A program made the translations under genes and the position numbers. Shown one piece after another: positions 22,801-33,825 of a stretch of 64,000 nucleotides of DNA. Every line of letters starts with the position of its first letter. Positions within the stretch are counted from its first letter, which is position 1. Origin of the DNA: Salisapilia sapeloensis CBS 127946 (Eukaryota > Protista > Oomycota); assembly GCA_023334545.1 (NCBI GenBank), contig JAADVB010000009.1, forward strand, positions 1-64,000, in the 5' to 3' direction. Below the pieces are notes generated by a model that had not been told where the DNA came from, made no database searches, and saw only the letters and a program-made list of their open reading frames with translations.

Positions 22801-23787
22801 GCCCCACATTAAAAACAGACTTAGCGATGTCATTAAACGCGCTTGAAGCAGATGACCCAGCTCGATCTTGCGCGCCTCATCAATACCCTCAGCAAATTTG
22901 TCTTCTTGAGCATTAAATTTGACGATGCTGATGGCTTTAAAGACCTCCGTGACACGCTTCAAGCGGACATCCTTGCTCGATCGATAGATACGCATGTACT
23001 TGAGCATTCGCTTGGAGACAAGGTTGTTGATGAAGAGCATAAAGACGATGACACCAATACCTGCAAACGCAGCGACACCAAGCAAGTTGTACAGCATGTA
23101 ACTTGTGATGACAATTTGCAATGGGATGATCCATAGATCGTGGATCATCATGGCTGCACGGTATAAAGCTTCTGTATCTGCTGTGCACATATTTGTCAGA
23201 TGAGAAACGGATTTTTCTTTTCTTGATTCGGCATTTAGTCGAAGGGATTTGCGGTACAACATGGACTGCAAGCTCGCTGAAAACTGTATCGCTATACCCT
23301 GCATGTCCCTCGTCCCGGCAGCATCCACTAATGCCACAACTACCTGCGTTATGAAGAGCAGAAAAATCCAACCGAAGACATTTTTAGCTGAATAATCGGT
23401 AGCTGTCAAGCTAGACACTACGTGGTTCAGTACGACTGGACCCAAGAGGTACGAGAGTGTAATAAAGCAGAACCCAGCACCGTTCAAAGCGGAACGAAGA
23501 CCGAAAATGTCCACGAATGCCCTTAGAACAGATTCATTGCGTGCAGCGTAGGCCTTGGAGAAACTAGTGTTCAAAACCTGGACTCGAAATGGCTGTCGAA
23601 GCGTCCATACGTCATCTGCTTCCAAGGTTTTTTGATTGCCCAAGGAGAGCAAAGGAGACACCCATGACAGCAGCAGTCTAGACCAGCACCACGCTCGATC
23701 GTATGGATGCTCAATGCCTCTATCATCTTTGTCAGTCGGTACTGCGCCGTATACCGGCTGATGCATCCGCAGTGACTCTTTCGTCAT
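19846..23787 (-). CDS. ABC transporter, ABCC/MRP subfamily, 1313 aa
   Basis: Two TMD-NBD halves. NBD1 GRVGSGKSS / VSGGQKARIALARA / ILDSPLSAVD; NBD2 GRTGAGKSS / FSVGERQ / IFDEATA / TIAHRL. Confidence 0.96.
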   Translation of the reverse strand: MTKESLRMHQPVYGAVPTDKDDRGIEHPYDRAWCWSRLLLSWVSPLLSLGNQKTLEADDVWTLRQPFRVQVLNTSFSKAYAARNESVLRAFVDIFGLRSALNGAGFCFITLSYLLGPVVLNHVVSSLTATDYSAKNVFGWIFLLFITQVVVALVDAAGTRDMQGIAIQFSASLQSMLYRKSLRLNAESRKEKSVSHLTNMCTADTEALYRAAMMIHDLWIIPLQIVITSYMLYNLLGVAAFAGIGVIVFMLFINNLVSKRMLKYMRIYRSSKDVRLKRVTEVFKAISIVKFNAQEDKFAEGIDEARKIELGHLLQARLMTSLSLFLMWGMPVFISVAAFGTFAILLDQELTPAIVFTSIALFQIIQQPLRMITSLLLQTIQAKVALDKIQSFLKMPEMDESSVVGIHDPIATKYMSSNVIVAVENGIFGWDQASTVLKNVNFQVKAGAFFVIHGRVGSGKSSLCSALLGEMVKHNGTVYVGGDVAYCSQQPWIQNMTVRDNILFGNPYDRKKYEKVLNACALTSDLQSLPAGDNTEIGERGVNVSGGQKARIALARACYSDASIFILDSPLSAVDAIVQNEILQKCLLGLLRNKTVILVTHNAEIIDSPHISHAVTINDQGYVVETREHQDEKPTTEPPLLSPLPTTPYVKPLYVDLSQQEDGEPVTEYDLPNEVADEMVLLSPAVSSPYPMNKKNSMTEMEREVNNGVLIKDEERAEGRVSGHVYSAYYHAVGGFVVVGGIILVQSIWQALQISSDFWLSSWSSDSLQDAEHVSTSYRLGVYSALGVLAAVMVLVRTLLVTWFGLKAGKYMFDAMTASLLHAPMRFYDSNPIGRILTRYAGDIASVDVNLSFTFGTFATQVFSTLCSLITAAIVIQWRGIMLLPIAMFYIYIGVYYITPAREIQRLFKTTNAPVLNHLSESIEGCSVIRAYGKKQLDRFKQTSNERMDANNQIWYAMSAVNNWFSLRIQFVSALILLCVTSSLVLLRDVLDVAIIGLAFSYALKVSGNLESIIRNMTWIETLMVSPERLQEYIDIPQEPAHYIPSTDPSSSSKWPSKGAIQFDKVCFRYKEGDELVLKSLSLEVGEGEKIGIVGRTGAGKSSLTMALFRINELASGRILIDGIDTSKIGLKALRQGMSIIPQNPVLFKGTLRNYLDPFTECSDDALWDVLRRVGLSERISEDKSKLESPVEENGENFSVGERQMLCMARALLRESNIVIFDEATAAIDHETDQRLQRVIRSAFSTSTVLTIAHRLDTILDSSRILVLDKGEVVEFDTPRALTLKGSGHFYDLMQEGGYIDKVLEQETSKAKE

Positions 23788-25034
23788 TGCGAAGATGCTG
23801 CAATGACAAGGCTATAACTGGTTATCTGGTATGTGCACATCTTTATTTCTGATTACAAACCCTATGGGTGAGACGAGGATATTTCACTGCGGATTTCCAA
23901 ATACACTGACTGTTGCGTTAGAACGGTGAGTGAAGGTTGTCCATAACCGATGCGACGGCAACAGACCCATTCTGTCGCTTAACTGACCGATGCCCGAATA
24001 TGTTGTACGACGACAACCATGACCGAACTAAGAAAAGTTACACCGCATTCTCGGCATGGAATCAAGCAGCGTCCGCTCCGCTGCACTTCGCTATAGCGCT
24101 CCCTCCTCGCCACCTACGGTATGCTACGGTGCTCAGATGCCGCCATCTTTGATACGCTGCAATGCTCCCGAACCAATACAACCTCTTTACGTCCGGAACC
24201 TCCTCTGCACTCGCACCGCGACTACGACCTATGGTACAGTGTGTTTCTGCTCTCTGCGCGCTCAGAAATTCAAGAAACTGATGCATGAACGGAAAAAATT
24301 CTGAATGATTAAATTAGCAGTTCAGATAGCTGTTGACGCCCGGCGCGAATGAAATTCATCCATAATATAGCAAAAAAGTATACGAAGATGCTAGGTTTGA
24401 GTCTTTTATTTGGCTAGTCATCACTGCTGATGCCATTGCTATCACTGGACGTATCGGAGGAGGGGTGCGCGGTCGTTTCGAGCTCGTTTCGCGTCCGCAA
24501 ATTGCTATTAGAAACTGCTCCTATGATGTAGTTAGCTGGTTATGATTTGAACACTGTTTATAATTCATTGCCCGGTGTCATGCTTATTGAAACGTGATTT
24601 ATATAATAGATTCAAAATCTAGGCACTTTTCATGGAGATGGAAGCCTAGAAAGAGGATACCCTTTGGTAGAATCCGCATTCTTTGCTGATTAAGCGACGA
24701 GGGATGATTGGGACGTAAAAGCGATGTAAAATTTTCGTTTTCGAATAGTGCATTATGCCTAGTGGAGTCGAAATTTAAGCTCTCAACGAACACGACCAAT
24801 GTCTCTTCAGCGCACCTATATAATGTACGATGATAAACATGTCGTGCCCGAAGTGGGATATTGACAGAATATAACTTAACCATTTGTTCTATTTAGATAA
24901 ACTCATTCGTACTGCGTGATGAAAAGTCAAATACGTCTATCGATTGCCTTGCCTTCAACCGCTTATTCATATAAATGTAAAATTTCTACATCGAGAATTG
25001 TACTGAGCCATTATAGAACGACAGTTTTGTCTTC

Positions 25035-26798
25035 TTACACGTTATTGTTGATCACTTCACCATCTTGGCTGCGGTTTTGCTCAGCCCGCGTGTTGGCCGC
25101 CTTGTGCTTCCCAAGATGCACAATCTCTTTGTTGCATACAGAGAAGCGATAGCCCGGGGCGAACCGGTCCTTGGGGTTCGTGCGCACAAAAAAGAGAAGC
25201 ACCCATCCGACGATGACGATGATTAGGATTTTATGGAGCTGGTCCAAGTACGCTTCCGCTGGTGTCAGGCCATCCTGTAACATGCCAATGTACGCCTCAC
25301 TAAAAGCAATTCCGCCAGCGACACCTCCAATGGACCAAGCAGTGATAAGGACACCATGCAGTGCAGCGATATTATACGCCCCAAACATGTCGGTGAGAAA
25401 ACATGGAACGCTACCAGCGCTGCCACCGTAGCAGAAAGTTAAGAGGAATACACAAGCCAAGAAGAGGTTATACATCTCATTCTCGATGATCGTCGGTAAG
25501 GCCGCGAGGATGATAACTTGCGCCGTAAGAGTGAGGTAAAAGATACTACGGCGCACAGAAGCCGCTTCGCATTTAAAGAAGCGGATGGCGGCATCACTGA
25601 CGATAGGGAACACGAGACGACCGACGGAGTTGAAGATGCCGTTCATAGACACCGCGTCAGAGCCCTGATCAGCTGTCTTGCCGAAGAAGTCGACGCACAT
25701 ACCCGAGAGCTTAGAGAGCACAATAAGACCGAATGCCAGGTTCGTGTAGTACACCACGTAGAAAAGGATATAATCAACAGAAGTGAGGGCCTGGATAAAT
25801 GTCAGTCCTCGGACATGAGTGCTAGTCTGGGTCGTCGAATCCACGGTTTCACGTACGTTCGGGTGAGACGGCGTGTTCATCTTTTCAAATTCTTGTCGAG
25901 GTAATTCGGAGTGCTTTTGAGACTGCCTTTTGACTTTGTCTTCTAGTTGATCTACTCGTTCGCCGTGGACATTAAGTCCGGACACCTGGAAATCTGGTGG
26001 TGGAATCCTCAGTGCAATGCAGCACGTGTATAAAATGGAGGCGTAAATACATCCGATGACAATAAACGTCGATGACAAGCCCACCGCACGGATAAGTGGC
26101 AGGTACACTTTGCCCCAGATGATGGAGCCTGCGCCATAACCGGCAACAGCAAAGCCTGCCGCCATGCCTCGGTGGTCTGGGAACCACTTTTGCAGCGCTG
26201 ACACTGGTGAAATATAGCAGAGGCCCATGCCAAACCCACCAATAACACCGTATCCAATGTAGACACCGGCGATCAGCTTCAAATGGATCGACATGGCAAT
26301 GACCAGATGAGCGATGAAGAACATGGTGCTACCAAGCACTGCTCCAGCGCGAGGTCCGTGATGCTCGACCCATGGGCCCATGATAGCTGTTGATAGACCT
26401 AAGACACCGACGGCAGTGTAGAAGGCGTTGACAGTGTGTCCCGTGCTGCCTTCTCCGTAGATGTGTTCATCGATGGGCTTGTTGAGGATGGACCACGAGT
26501 AGAAACTGCCGATACAAAACTGGATGAGGAATGCAGCGAAGAAGAGATACCAGCGATTGAACGGGATGACTGAAATGCTCCAATATCGGCCCTTGCCAAG
26601 GTAGAAGCAGAGTAATCGTTTTTCAGCTTCGTTCTGGTCTTCTGTCCGCTCCGCATGCGTGATGGTCCAATAGCTTCTAATAGCGTTCGTAAATTTGTTG
26701 CCATACTGAGTATTATCTTCTGCCACGAGTCTGCTATCTCCAAGTATGACTGGCAGCGAATGCTCAGAGTATATACTGGTTTGATCCTTCGTATCCAT
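25035..26798 (-). CDS. MFS transporter, oxalate:formate antiporter (OFA/MCT)-like, 587 aa
   Basis: About 12 hydrophobic segments. Motifs QFCIGSFYSWS, EHHGPRAG, GMGLCYISPVSALQKWFPDHRGMAAG, NSVGRL, YGG...PCFLTDMFG. Confidence 0.92.
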   Translation of the reverse strand: MDTKDQTSIYSEHSLPVILGDSRLVAEDNTQYGNKFTNAIRSYWTITHAERTEDQNEAEKRLLCFYLGKGRYWSISVIPFNRWYLFFAAFLIQFCIGSFYSWSILNKPIDEHIYGEGSTGHTVNAFYTAVGVLGLSTAIMGPWVEHHGPRAGAVLGSTMFFIAHLVIAMSIHLKLIAGVYIGYGVIGGFGMGLCYISPVSALQKWFPDHRGMAAGFAVAGYGAGSIIWGKVYLPLIRAVGLSSTFIVIGCIYASILYTCCIALRIPPPDFQVSGLNVHGERVDQLEDKVKRQSQKHSELPRQEFEKMNTPSHPNVRETVDSTTQTSTHVRGLTFIQALTSVDYILFYVVYYTNLAFGLIVLSKLSGMCVDFFGKTADQGSDAVSMNGIFNSVGRLVFPIVSDAAIRFFKCEAASVRRSIFYLTLTAQVIILAALPTIIENEMYNLFLACVFLLTFCYGGSAGSVPCFLTDMFGAYNIAALHGVLITAWSIGGVAGGIAFSEAYIGMLQDGLTPAEAYLDQLHKILIIVIVGWVLLFFVRTNPKDRFAPGYRFSVCNKEIVHLGKHKAANTRAEQNRSQDGEVINNNV

Positions 26799-26828
26799 AT
26801 CGATCGGCTAAGGGTCTTGCGTTCACGA

Positions 26829-26848
26829 GTGCAAAATGTTAAATGTGG
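26829..26848 (-). promoter_or_regulatory. Candidate initiator+FPR core promoter of the OFA-like MFS gene
   Basis: Minus strand reads CCACATTTAACATTTTGCAC, matching YCAYTYY + MWTTTNC at the expected spacing, about 30-50 bp upstream of the ATG. Confidence 0.5.
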
Positions 26849-26993
26849 ATTAGAGGCATAGCATTCACACTGTAATGAGGTAAAGATGCGGATAAAGGGA
26901 GAGGATGGTATGTCGGCTGGTGTCGGATTAGATATGTATTTCTACCTTCAGCTCTTGAAGTTAGGATCAAGGGTATTGAAGTTCCTAGACTAC

Positions 26994-27095
26994 GGGCACG
27001 ATGATCGTTCATCGAAGTTGTTTCCAACCACACAATAACCCCAATGGCTAAAACAAACACTACTTTAAACAGAAAAGGGCACGATGATCCTTCAT
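26994..27095. repeat. Imperfect 19-bp direct repeat GGGCACGATGATC(G/C)TTCAT, two copies, 83-bp period
   Basis: Copies at 26994-27012 and 27077-27095 with one mismatch. Confidence 0.8.
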
Positions 27096-28851
27096 GTGGC
27101 ACTGAATACATTCCAGAGCAAACCTGTAGTAGATCATGAAAGGTCTGATCAGAGGATGTGTAGAGATCATGCCTAACAAGTCTTAAAATTGCCACAATAC
27201 CAACCTTTTGAAAGTACTTGATACTTCTGTTCGGGCCGTATCACTTATAGATGTGTAAAAATTTTCAGTCAAACTCGACTCATTTAGGTTCATATTTATT
27301 TTACCGCTTTGTATAAATGTCCGGGTTATTGACAAGCAATGCTACTATACGAGCCTATTAGTCAAGCCGGTTCTGCGTTTGACCTTGTACTTCTCCGGCT
27401 GTGAAATTGCGGTATAGCAAAAGATGTACAGCAGCAATCGTGATATAAAGATAGTCATTTATTCACATTCCGTCTTGCCAGAGTAGATAGTAATGTTGGA
27501 AATGTATCTTTGATTAAAAGGGATACCTGATGATCAGGAGCCAGCGCTGTCTTCCTATGACTATAAACCCCAGAACATCACTATTAAGCACGGTTCAGTA
27601 GCTTGGTATAGCATTTGCTGCTAAAAATAGAATTAAAAAAACTACACTAGCCCCACTATACAGAGCAATTTCTTTTAATAGGACAGATATTTTGGCACTT
27701 GGCACTTCAGGCGCTCAATAGACATTGCCTTCATGATTTGTTCCTAAAATTCTAGCAACTTTGTCGGTGATCTAACCGGTGAGAGTTAACCTATGATTTA
27801 CCCGCAAAAGTATCAATGGCAAGTTTTCAGACAGTTTAGTACCTCACAAGGTCGTATATTTGGTGCCTGTGTACTAAGTTCGAAAGTTTTTTTGTAAAAT
27901 CTGATGCTTGACGTTGCATATCTTCAAATACTTTTATATGTCAAGTTGGTGTGAAATACGCCGAGATATTTTGGGTTGCTGCGTTGGGTAATACGAGCGC
28001 GGTATGGAAAAGCTGGTTATACATCAGTCGTCATCGACCATAACCTTCGTTGATGACTTCAAGACCGAATCTGTTAAAGTAAGCACTGGTAGATAGTGAA
28101 CTGCATAGCTAAAAATGTTTGACTCTAAAAACTAGTTTTGTCTCTCCGGCCTATATGAAGGTCTACGTCTTCAATAAGGGTGCTCATTTCCTCCTTTTTT
28201 ATCCGCTCTCTTTTCTGTTTGCTATTCCTTGACTTTTAACCTCACCTTAGCGTAGAAGTCAAGTGTTTGGGTTTAGCAATGTCTTCAAATTATATTATTC
28301 TCAGCCAAACTGTATACGAAGTGTATGCGAGCTGAAGTGTATATTTACAAACATCAGTGGGTATTTGCTATATTGCCAGCAAAATATTTACCTTGTATAA
28401 TCGACTCCCCATCAATTGACTTTCATACTAATATGGATAAACATCCACTGACATATCAATCGGTGCGAAAGGTACATGATTCTACTTACCCAGCATATTT
28501 AGTAAAAATGAACTTTTCAGTAGCATTTTAGCACGCTTTGCGCAACTATGTTTTCGGTTTACCTACTACAATTATCACTTCAGATTTAATCGCCTATTCG
28601 TAAGCTGCAACTGCTATCGCGAAAATATACCGTATCAGCATTTGGGTTTTCGTTTTCGATATCTAAAGTGAACCTTTCTACCGCTTTCTATGTCATCATA
28701 CTCGGTTAGCTTGGTAGACAACTGATTGTACATTATTGCATTTATCCTTCATTTACTTTTAATTTACAGCGTAGAGCGAAGATACATGAACTGTAATCAG
28801 ATTGACTTAAACAAACAATGCTAAAAACAACGAACTATGGAGGTTATGAGA

Positions 28852-31319
28852 TTATGGTGTGCAACCAAGCCATGCCTCTTCATCCGGGTTGCATGGCGGA
28901 CCAGCATTCTTATCAATCTGCATTTTTCTTACGGCTTGAATAGTGTTACCCACTTCGCACGATATTACCTCAAATCGAGAATTGTAACACATTCCAATCG
29001 GTTCATTGTCTTCCGCAGTTGTAATATTATATCCAATTTGATTAGGATAGCATTTCCTGTACATAACTCCCCCGCATGCATCTACAGATGCCTTTGTGTT
29101 CTTCTTAACTGTAAGTGATGTAGCGAATTTTAAACACAGAGTGTCTTTCATCTGCAATAACTTTTCACGCGATACAGCGTTTAGTCGAGGATCCGACATA
29201 ATACGTGTAGCATTTGTTGCAGAAAAATTAACCAAATAACCATTCGAACAAAGCTTCGTAAACTCGTCAACATACATCGTGGATATACTATCCAGTGGAG
29301 ATAAATCTGGTAGGGACTGAAGATTCAGCATTATAGAGAGCTGCAATCGTTGGAGGCGTTGAAGCGAATCAAAAGAAGGGAGCTCTGTAACAGGAAGAAG
29401 AGCGAGCGTCAGATCACGTAATTTAACAAGTCCTCCGAATGATGGGAGAGCTTGTAAGTATATATGTCCTCCAAGGTGAAGAAATTCCAATTGTGACATA
29501 TCTTCAAAAAGACTTTCGGGCATTGACCGAAGTCCATCTCCAATCCTAGCGCTTATGTGCCTACGTAATACATTCGTGAGTGTCATTAGGTAGTTTTAAT
29601 TGTAGTTGGATATCCGCTTACAAATAAGCAAGTTTCTTAAACTTTTTCGCCCACTCCGGCATAAATTTTAAGTCCGATTGGATGATGGATCTATACAGAA
29701 CACTGACATGAATAAGCTAAGCATATTTGGATGCCGTATTTAAGCAATACACTCTACGGAGATTTGTACAGGCGATGAGCTCTTCAGGTAGTTCTGGTAA
29801 TTGTCGATTAATTATTTGCATGACTTGAAGACGCCCTGCTTTTGCGAGATCTCGCACTGTTTGAAATGCATTTGGTGGATTTATCCACTCTTGGTACGTT
29901 TTTGGAATCTTGTTGACATCAACAATAGCCACGCAGGGACAACTATTCTTTTCCAACATCGTATATGAGAATACGGGACATTGAGGATAAGGCCTACACA
30001 AAGTGGTGGAGTTATTCACTGCCACAATAGCAGTTGTGGTAACTGCAACCCCGATCAGTATGTATAGGATAGCCCAATACCGAGAAATGTGATTAGATGT
30101 TTGGCTACCCGTCACAAGCTTCTTCATACCAGCTTTGTGATATTTGGCACGCGTTGATATTATCATTACTTCGATAATGCGCTTAAATCTGTAAGCAAAG
30201 GACAGGTTCATACCCATTCGCAGTATAAAATCTGTCCAAGTCAAAATGCGAATGGAGTCAAAGTACGATATAAAATGCTCAATCTCTGCTTGATCGCCGC
30301 TTATTTTCGCTTGAGCCTCAAAGGCTATTGGAGAATACATTGCTAAAATTGTTTTAAATCCCTCACGATCAAACTCGAAACTGGAGTAGCTGTAGCCAAG
30401 AAGGAGAAGAGGAAAGCCAGCATTTACGAATAAGTCATATCTACGAATGAGCAGAAAAATGAATTATTATTGCTTTCGTACAATAGATAAGGACCAATCG
30501 CACTTACATGCCATCCATTGCGATTTCGTGAATTGCAGTTCGTCTATGCGACGTGAGAATCATGATCGCAAAGGTCATCCCGTTCATGGCAACGATGAAG
30601 GTAAAGATATAAATTAATTTTACAGGTATGCCGGATTCGAGATACTGCCAAAGGTTCACAGCTTGAAAAGCAAGATCCACTAGCTTTAGCCATGCATTCT
30701 ATCATTAAATAGCAATTGACCAACGTTTTAATGATGATAACGCAAATAATTCATATTATCAATTTGCAATGCAATTTACCCAATATCGACGATAGCGACC
30801 GTTGTACCCTGTCACATCTTTCCAAAAATCCTTCAAATAGTCCGCCAGCTTAGCTTTTGGTAATACTCCCCACGCTTTTTTCATTGTGTATTTACGTAGA
30901 GTGGGTATTTTTCCTTTCTTCCTCTTCACAAGTGATCGCCAAAAGATAATCTTGTACATGATTACAATATAAAATGACTCGATGACTGTAAGACCCAGCA
31001 TACTCCCCATTAAGATAGCAGATGGAGGTTCCTGTAGTATCCAAAAGTTCCCATCGTCAAAATCTTCAGTTCCCATGACAACATTGGCGCTCTTAGTTGG
31101 ATTTAACGTTGTTATAATTAGCCAATGGTTCCACATAGCTGCAGAGAAAAGAGCAAAGATTATAAATGGGCTACCCCATCCAAATGTCTGTCTGAATGTC
31201 GGAGGGGCATTCATAGGTACAACCATCTCCTTGCCATCTTTTGAGGAATCACGGAACGACCTCTCAATGGGCGTATTATCCAGTGAAGGATAAGTTGGTA
31301 TCACAGTAGTCAATCTCAT
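28852..31319 (-). CDS. Multi-pass membrane protein with leucine-rich repeats and C-terminal WLGC domain, 5 exons, 732 aa
   Basis: Exons 31319-30780, 30698-30508, 30440-29751, 29690-29622, 29560-28852, all GT-AG and in frame. N-terminal hydrophobic helices, LRRs (LQALPSFGGLVKLRDLTL, LPSFDSLQRLQRLQL), Cys-rich end C..VMYRKC...MCY..RF.VI.C...PPCNPDEEAWLGC. Confidence 0.88.
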
Positions 31320-31939
31320 CGCGCTTATTTTCCTCTTTTAGAATTGTCCACTGAGTGTTCTACTCATAACTACGCACGTCTTATTAATAGACTCGGAGAA
31401 ATATTTGTAGCTGATAACGGCTCGTTTCCTGTGCTAAATCATGCAGACCAGAAGACACTCATGATACGTTGACGAGCATAGCAGTCTTATTAGTACCTCT
31501 CAGTGGGCTACAACGTATAATAGGGACTCAAAGATAGGTATATGCACAGAGTCAATATTAGTCTGTGCCCACGATTACCGTCAACAACCTGCGGAATTAT
31601 CCGAGAGTACAAAGTTGCATCGTCCCTATGAGTACTCAAATAAAGCAATTTTTAACATCAAAGTTTATGAGAGTATAAAACATTTTTATGAAGCCTACAC
31701 GGAGCACTCCATCTCTTATATTCTACATGCCACAGTTGGTCGAATGGCGCCTGCTCCTGCCTGCGATCGGGTACGCTCGTGCAATTGACCTCGTCTATCG
31801 TTGACATACAAGCAACAAATTGAATTACGTCATCAGTCACTTCTGAACATGCATAGGACAGATACAACTAATCCAGTTTGTCTTTTCAAAAATGGAGATG
31901 CATAAAATGTCGATTATCCCTGTCTTATGACCTATGCTA

Positions 31940-33825
31940 CTATGTCTTCCAACTGCTACTAGTCGATTTGGACATCTCAAACGGGAAAAGTGGTGCCCGA
32001 GGCTTGACGGACAAACCTCTGCAAGTGGACACTACGATTTTAGCATTCCGCAGTGTCTGTAAAGCAGTCTGCGTTCCATCCAGATCCACCGCAGTGATTG
32101 TAAGCCATCCAAAGCTAGGAAGTTCCAACTCGACGACACTTGTACGCTTCGGCTGCTTCACATGCTTCGATTTGGTCTCCACACTTTCCGTCATATAGTC
32201 CTTCAAGTACACATTTTCGTAATGATGGAGAGGTCCGGTATAGCTCAGAGCGTCCAAGCCACGTGGAGGTGCTAGGACTCCTCCTGCGTGCTTTACGAAT
32301 GTATCCTCCGCACGCTCAGTGCTGGTGAGATGACCTGGCAAGACACCGTACCATGTAAACAAGAGATAGTTCTTCCGACTGAGGGGCTCATCTGACGACG
32401 CAAAGTCAAAGCGAGCCAATGCACCAAGGAAGAGCGATCGGCCGGGAGATATACGGTACGTAGTAACCTACTCAAACGTTCAGATTAGACATTTCATCAT
32501 ATGAAAACTGAAGCGATAGTTCTACCGGTAGTTTCGAGGTCGGGAAGACGTTCTTCAGTCTAGATGAGCCATCCTTGGCTAGCACTTCCACAAGTTTTTG
32601 CCGCTTCGTGTCTGTGATGAGACCTGGGGTGTCCAAAATATGGAAGAGCTCGTTGCGAACCATGACAGGCAAGTGCTGGATGGCCAGTGTTGTACCAGGT
32701 AAAGGAGAAGTGGTGAGCTGTCGGTCTTCTTCTTCACTCTCGAGTGCATCTTCCAGCGACTCTCCTTCTTCGAGATACCGACTCTCTTTGTCTTCTGGTA
32801 TGTCAGAAGCATGCAGATTGAGATCTGTCGCTTCTTCATCACTTAATTCTGTAATGTCTACTTCTGGTAGTTTCATGAACTTGCGATGGTTATGCTGCCA
32901 CTTGCGATCGGATAAAAAGGTCATGAGCGAGTTTAAAAAGGTGCTTTTGCCGACATTTGCAGCACCAACGACGCAAATGTCTCGTCCTTGGCGATGCTTA
33001 TTGATATCCGCGATGACCTCCTTGATCCCGATGCTCTTCTTGGCGCTCACGAGGTATACTGACAGGATGTTTTCGACTCCAGCAGCACTAGAAAAGGCGT
33101 TATTACGAGTAGTGTAAGGATAAGAATTCATGACTTATGTACTTTGCTTCGGCCGTGATGCGTCGCATTAGTCGTCTCAAGCCAGACTTTTCCGGCACCA
33201 TGTCGCCCTTGTTGACTACCAGCATTACTGGTTTGTTTCCGAACAAGTGGCGAGACTTGGACAAGAGACTACCGCTGATGTCTAGGATGTCGACCAGTTG
33301 GATCATGAGCAGGTCCTTAGACTGGAGCTCAGCCACACGGCGCTCGTACTCCTTGTACGGTAGCTTTGCATCTGAGATTTTTCCATAGTTGGTCATCTGA
33401 TGACATCGCTCGCAACGTAGTTTCTTGAGCTCCTTTGGCTGACGAATGCGTTCCAGAAGGGCTGGAGGCAGGTACCCGACTGCCTTCGGGTCCTTCTCCT
33501 GTAGTTCAATACCACACCCACTACAGTTCCAATGCTCCATGAGGCTAATATGCTCATGCACCTTGGCAACATCCATGTACATATCGTCGGAACTGCTGGA
33601 ACTGAATGATCGCATGGTTTGACCGTGTCCATCGCCATTTATCCAGGGCACATTAACAATTGACACCGCTCCAATTGCACGCTGATTTGCATACCTAGTA
33701 GCGGCAATACTACTAGACAATGGGCTCCATTTTCGAACTCCTTGTCCTCGAACGAGGGCTCGTACACTTCCTGCCACTACTCGCTGCATTCTTGTCCAGG
33801 AGATTGTGCCGTGCAAGTTTTTCAT
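31940..33825 (-). CDS. NOA1: Circularly permuted GTPase of the YqeH/NOA1 family, probably mitochondrial, 3 exons, 590 aa
   Basis: Exons 33825-33143, 33087-32526, 32467-31940. Zn finger CSGCG..CERC, G4 VVNKGD before G1 GAANVGKST, G2 SPLPGTT, G3 DTPG, SLFLGALARFD. Basic N-terminal presequence. Confidence 0.88.

Noticed and set aside
24916-25006. GTGATGA ... CTGA about 90 nt apart, like a box C/D snoRNA
   Set aside because: No convincing terminal stem, no recognisable rRNA guide, and both motifs are short and common. The C-box-like motifs near 1262, 2120 and 54215 lack a suitably placed D box.
26994-27095. Direct repeat with about 64-nt spacer considered as a CRISPR-like array
   Set aside because: Only two 19-bp copies, eukaryotic context, no cas genes.
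26839-27195. 118-aa minus-strand ORF with one hydrophobic stretch upstream of the MFS gene
   Set aside because: Overlaps the likely MFS core promoter and shows no family signature; probably chance.
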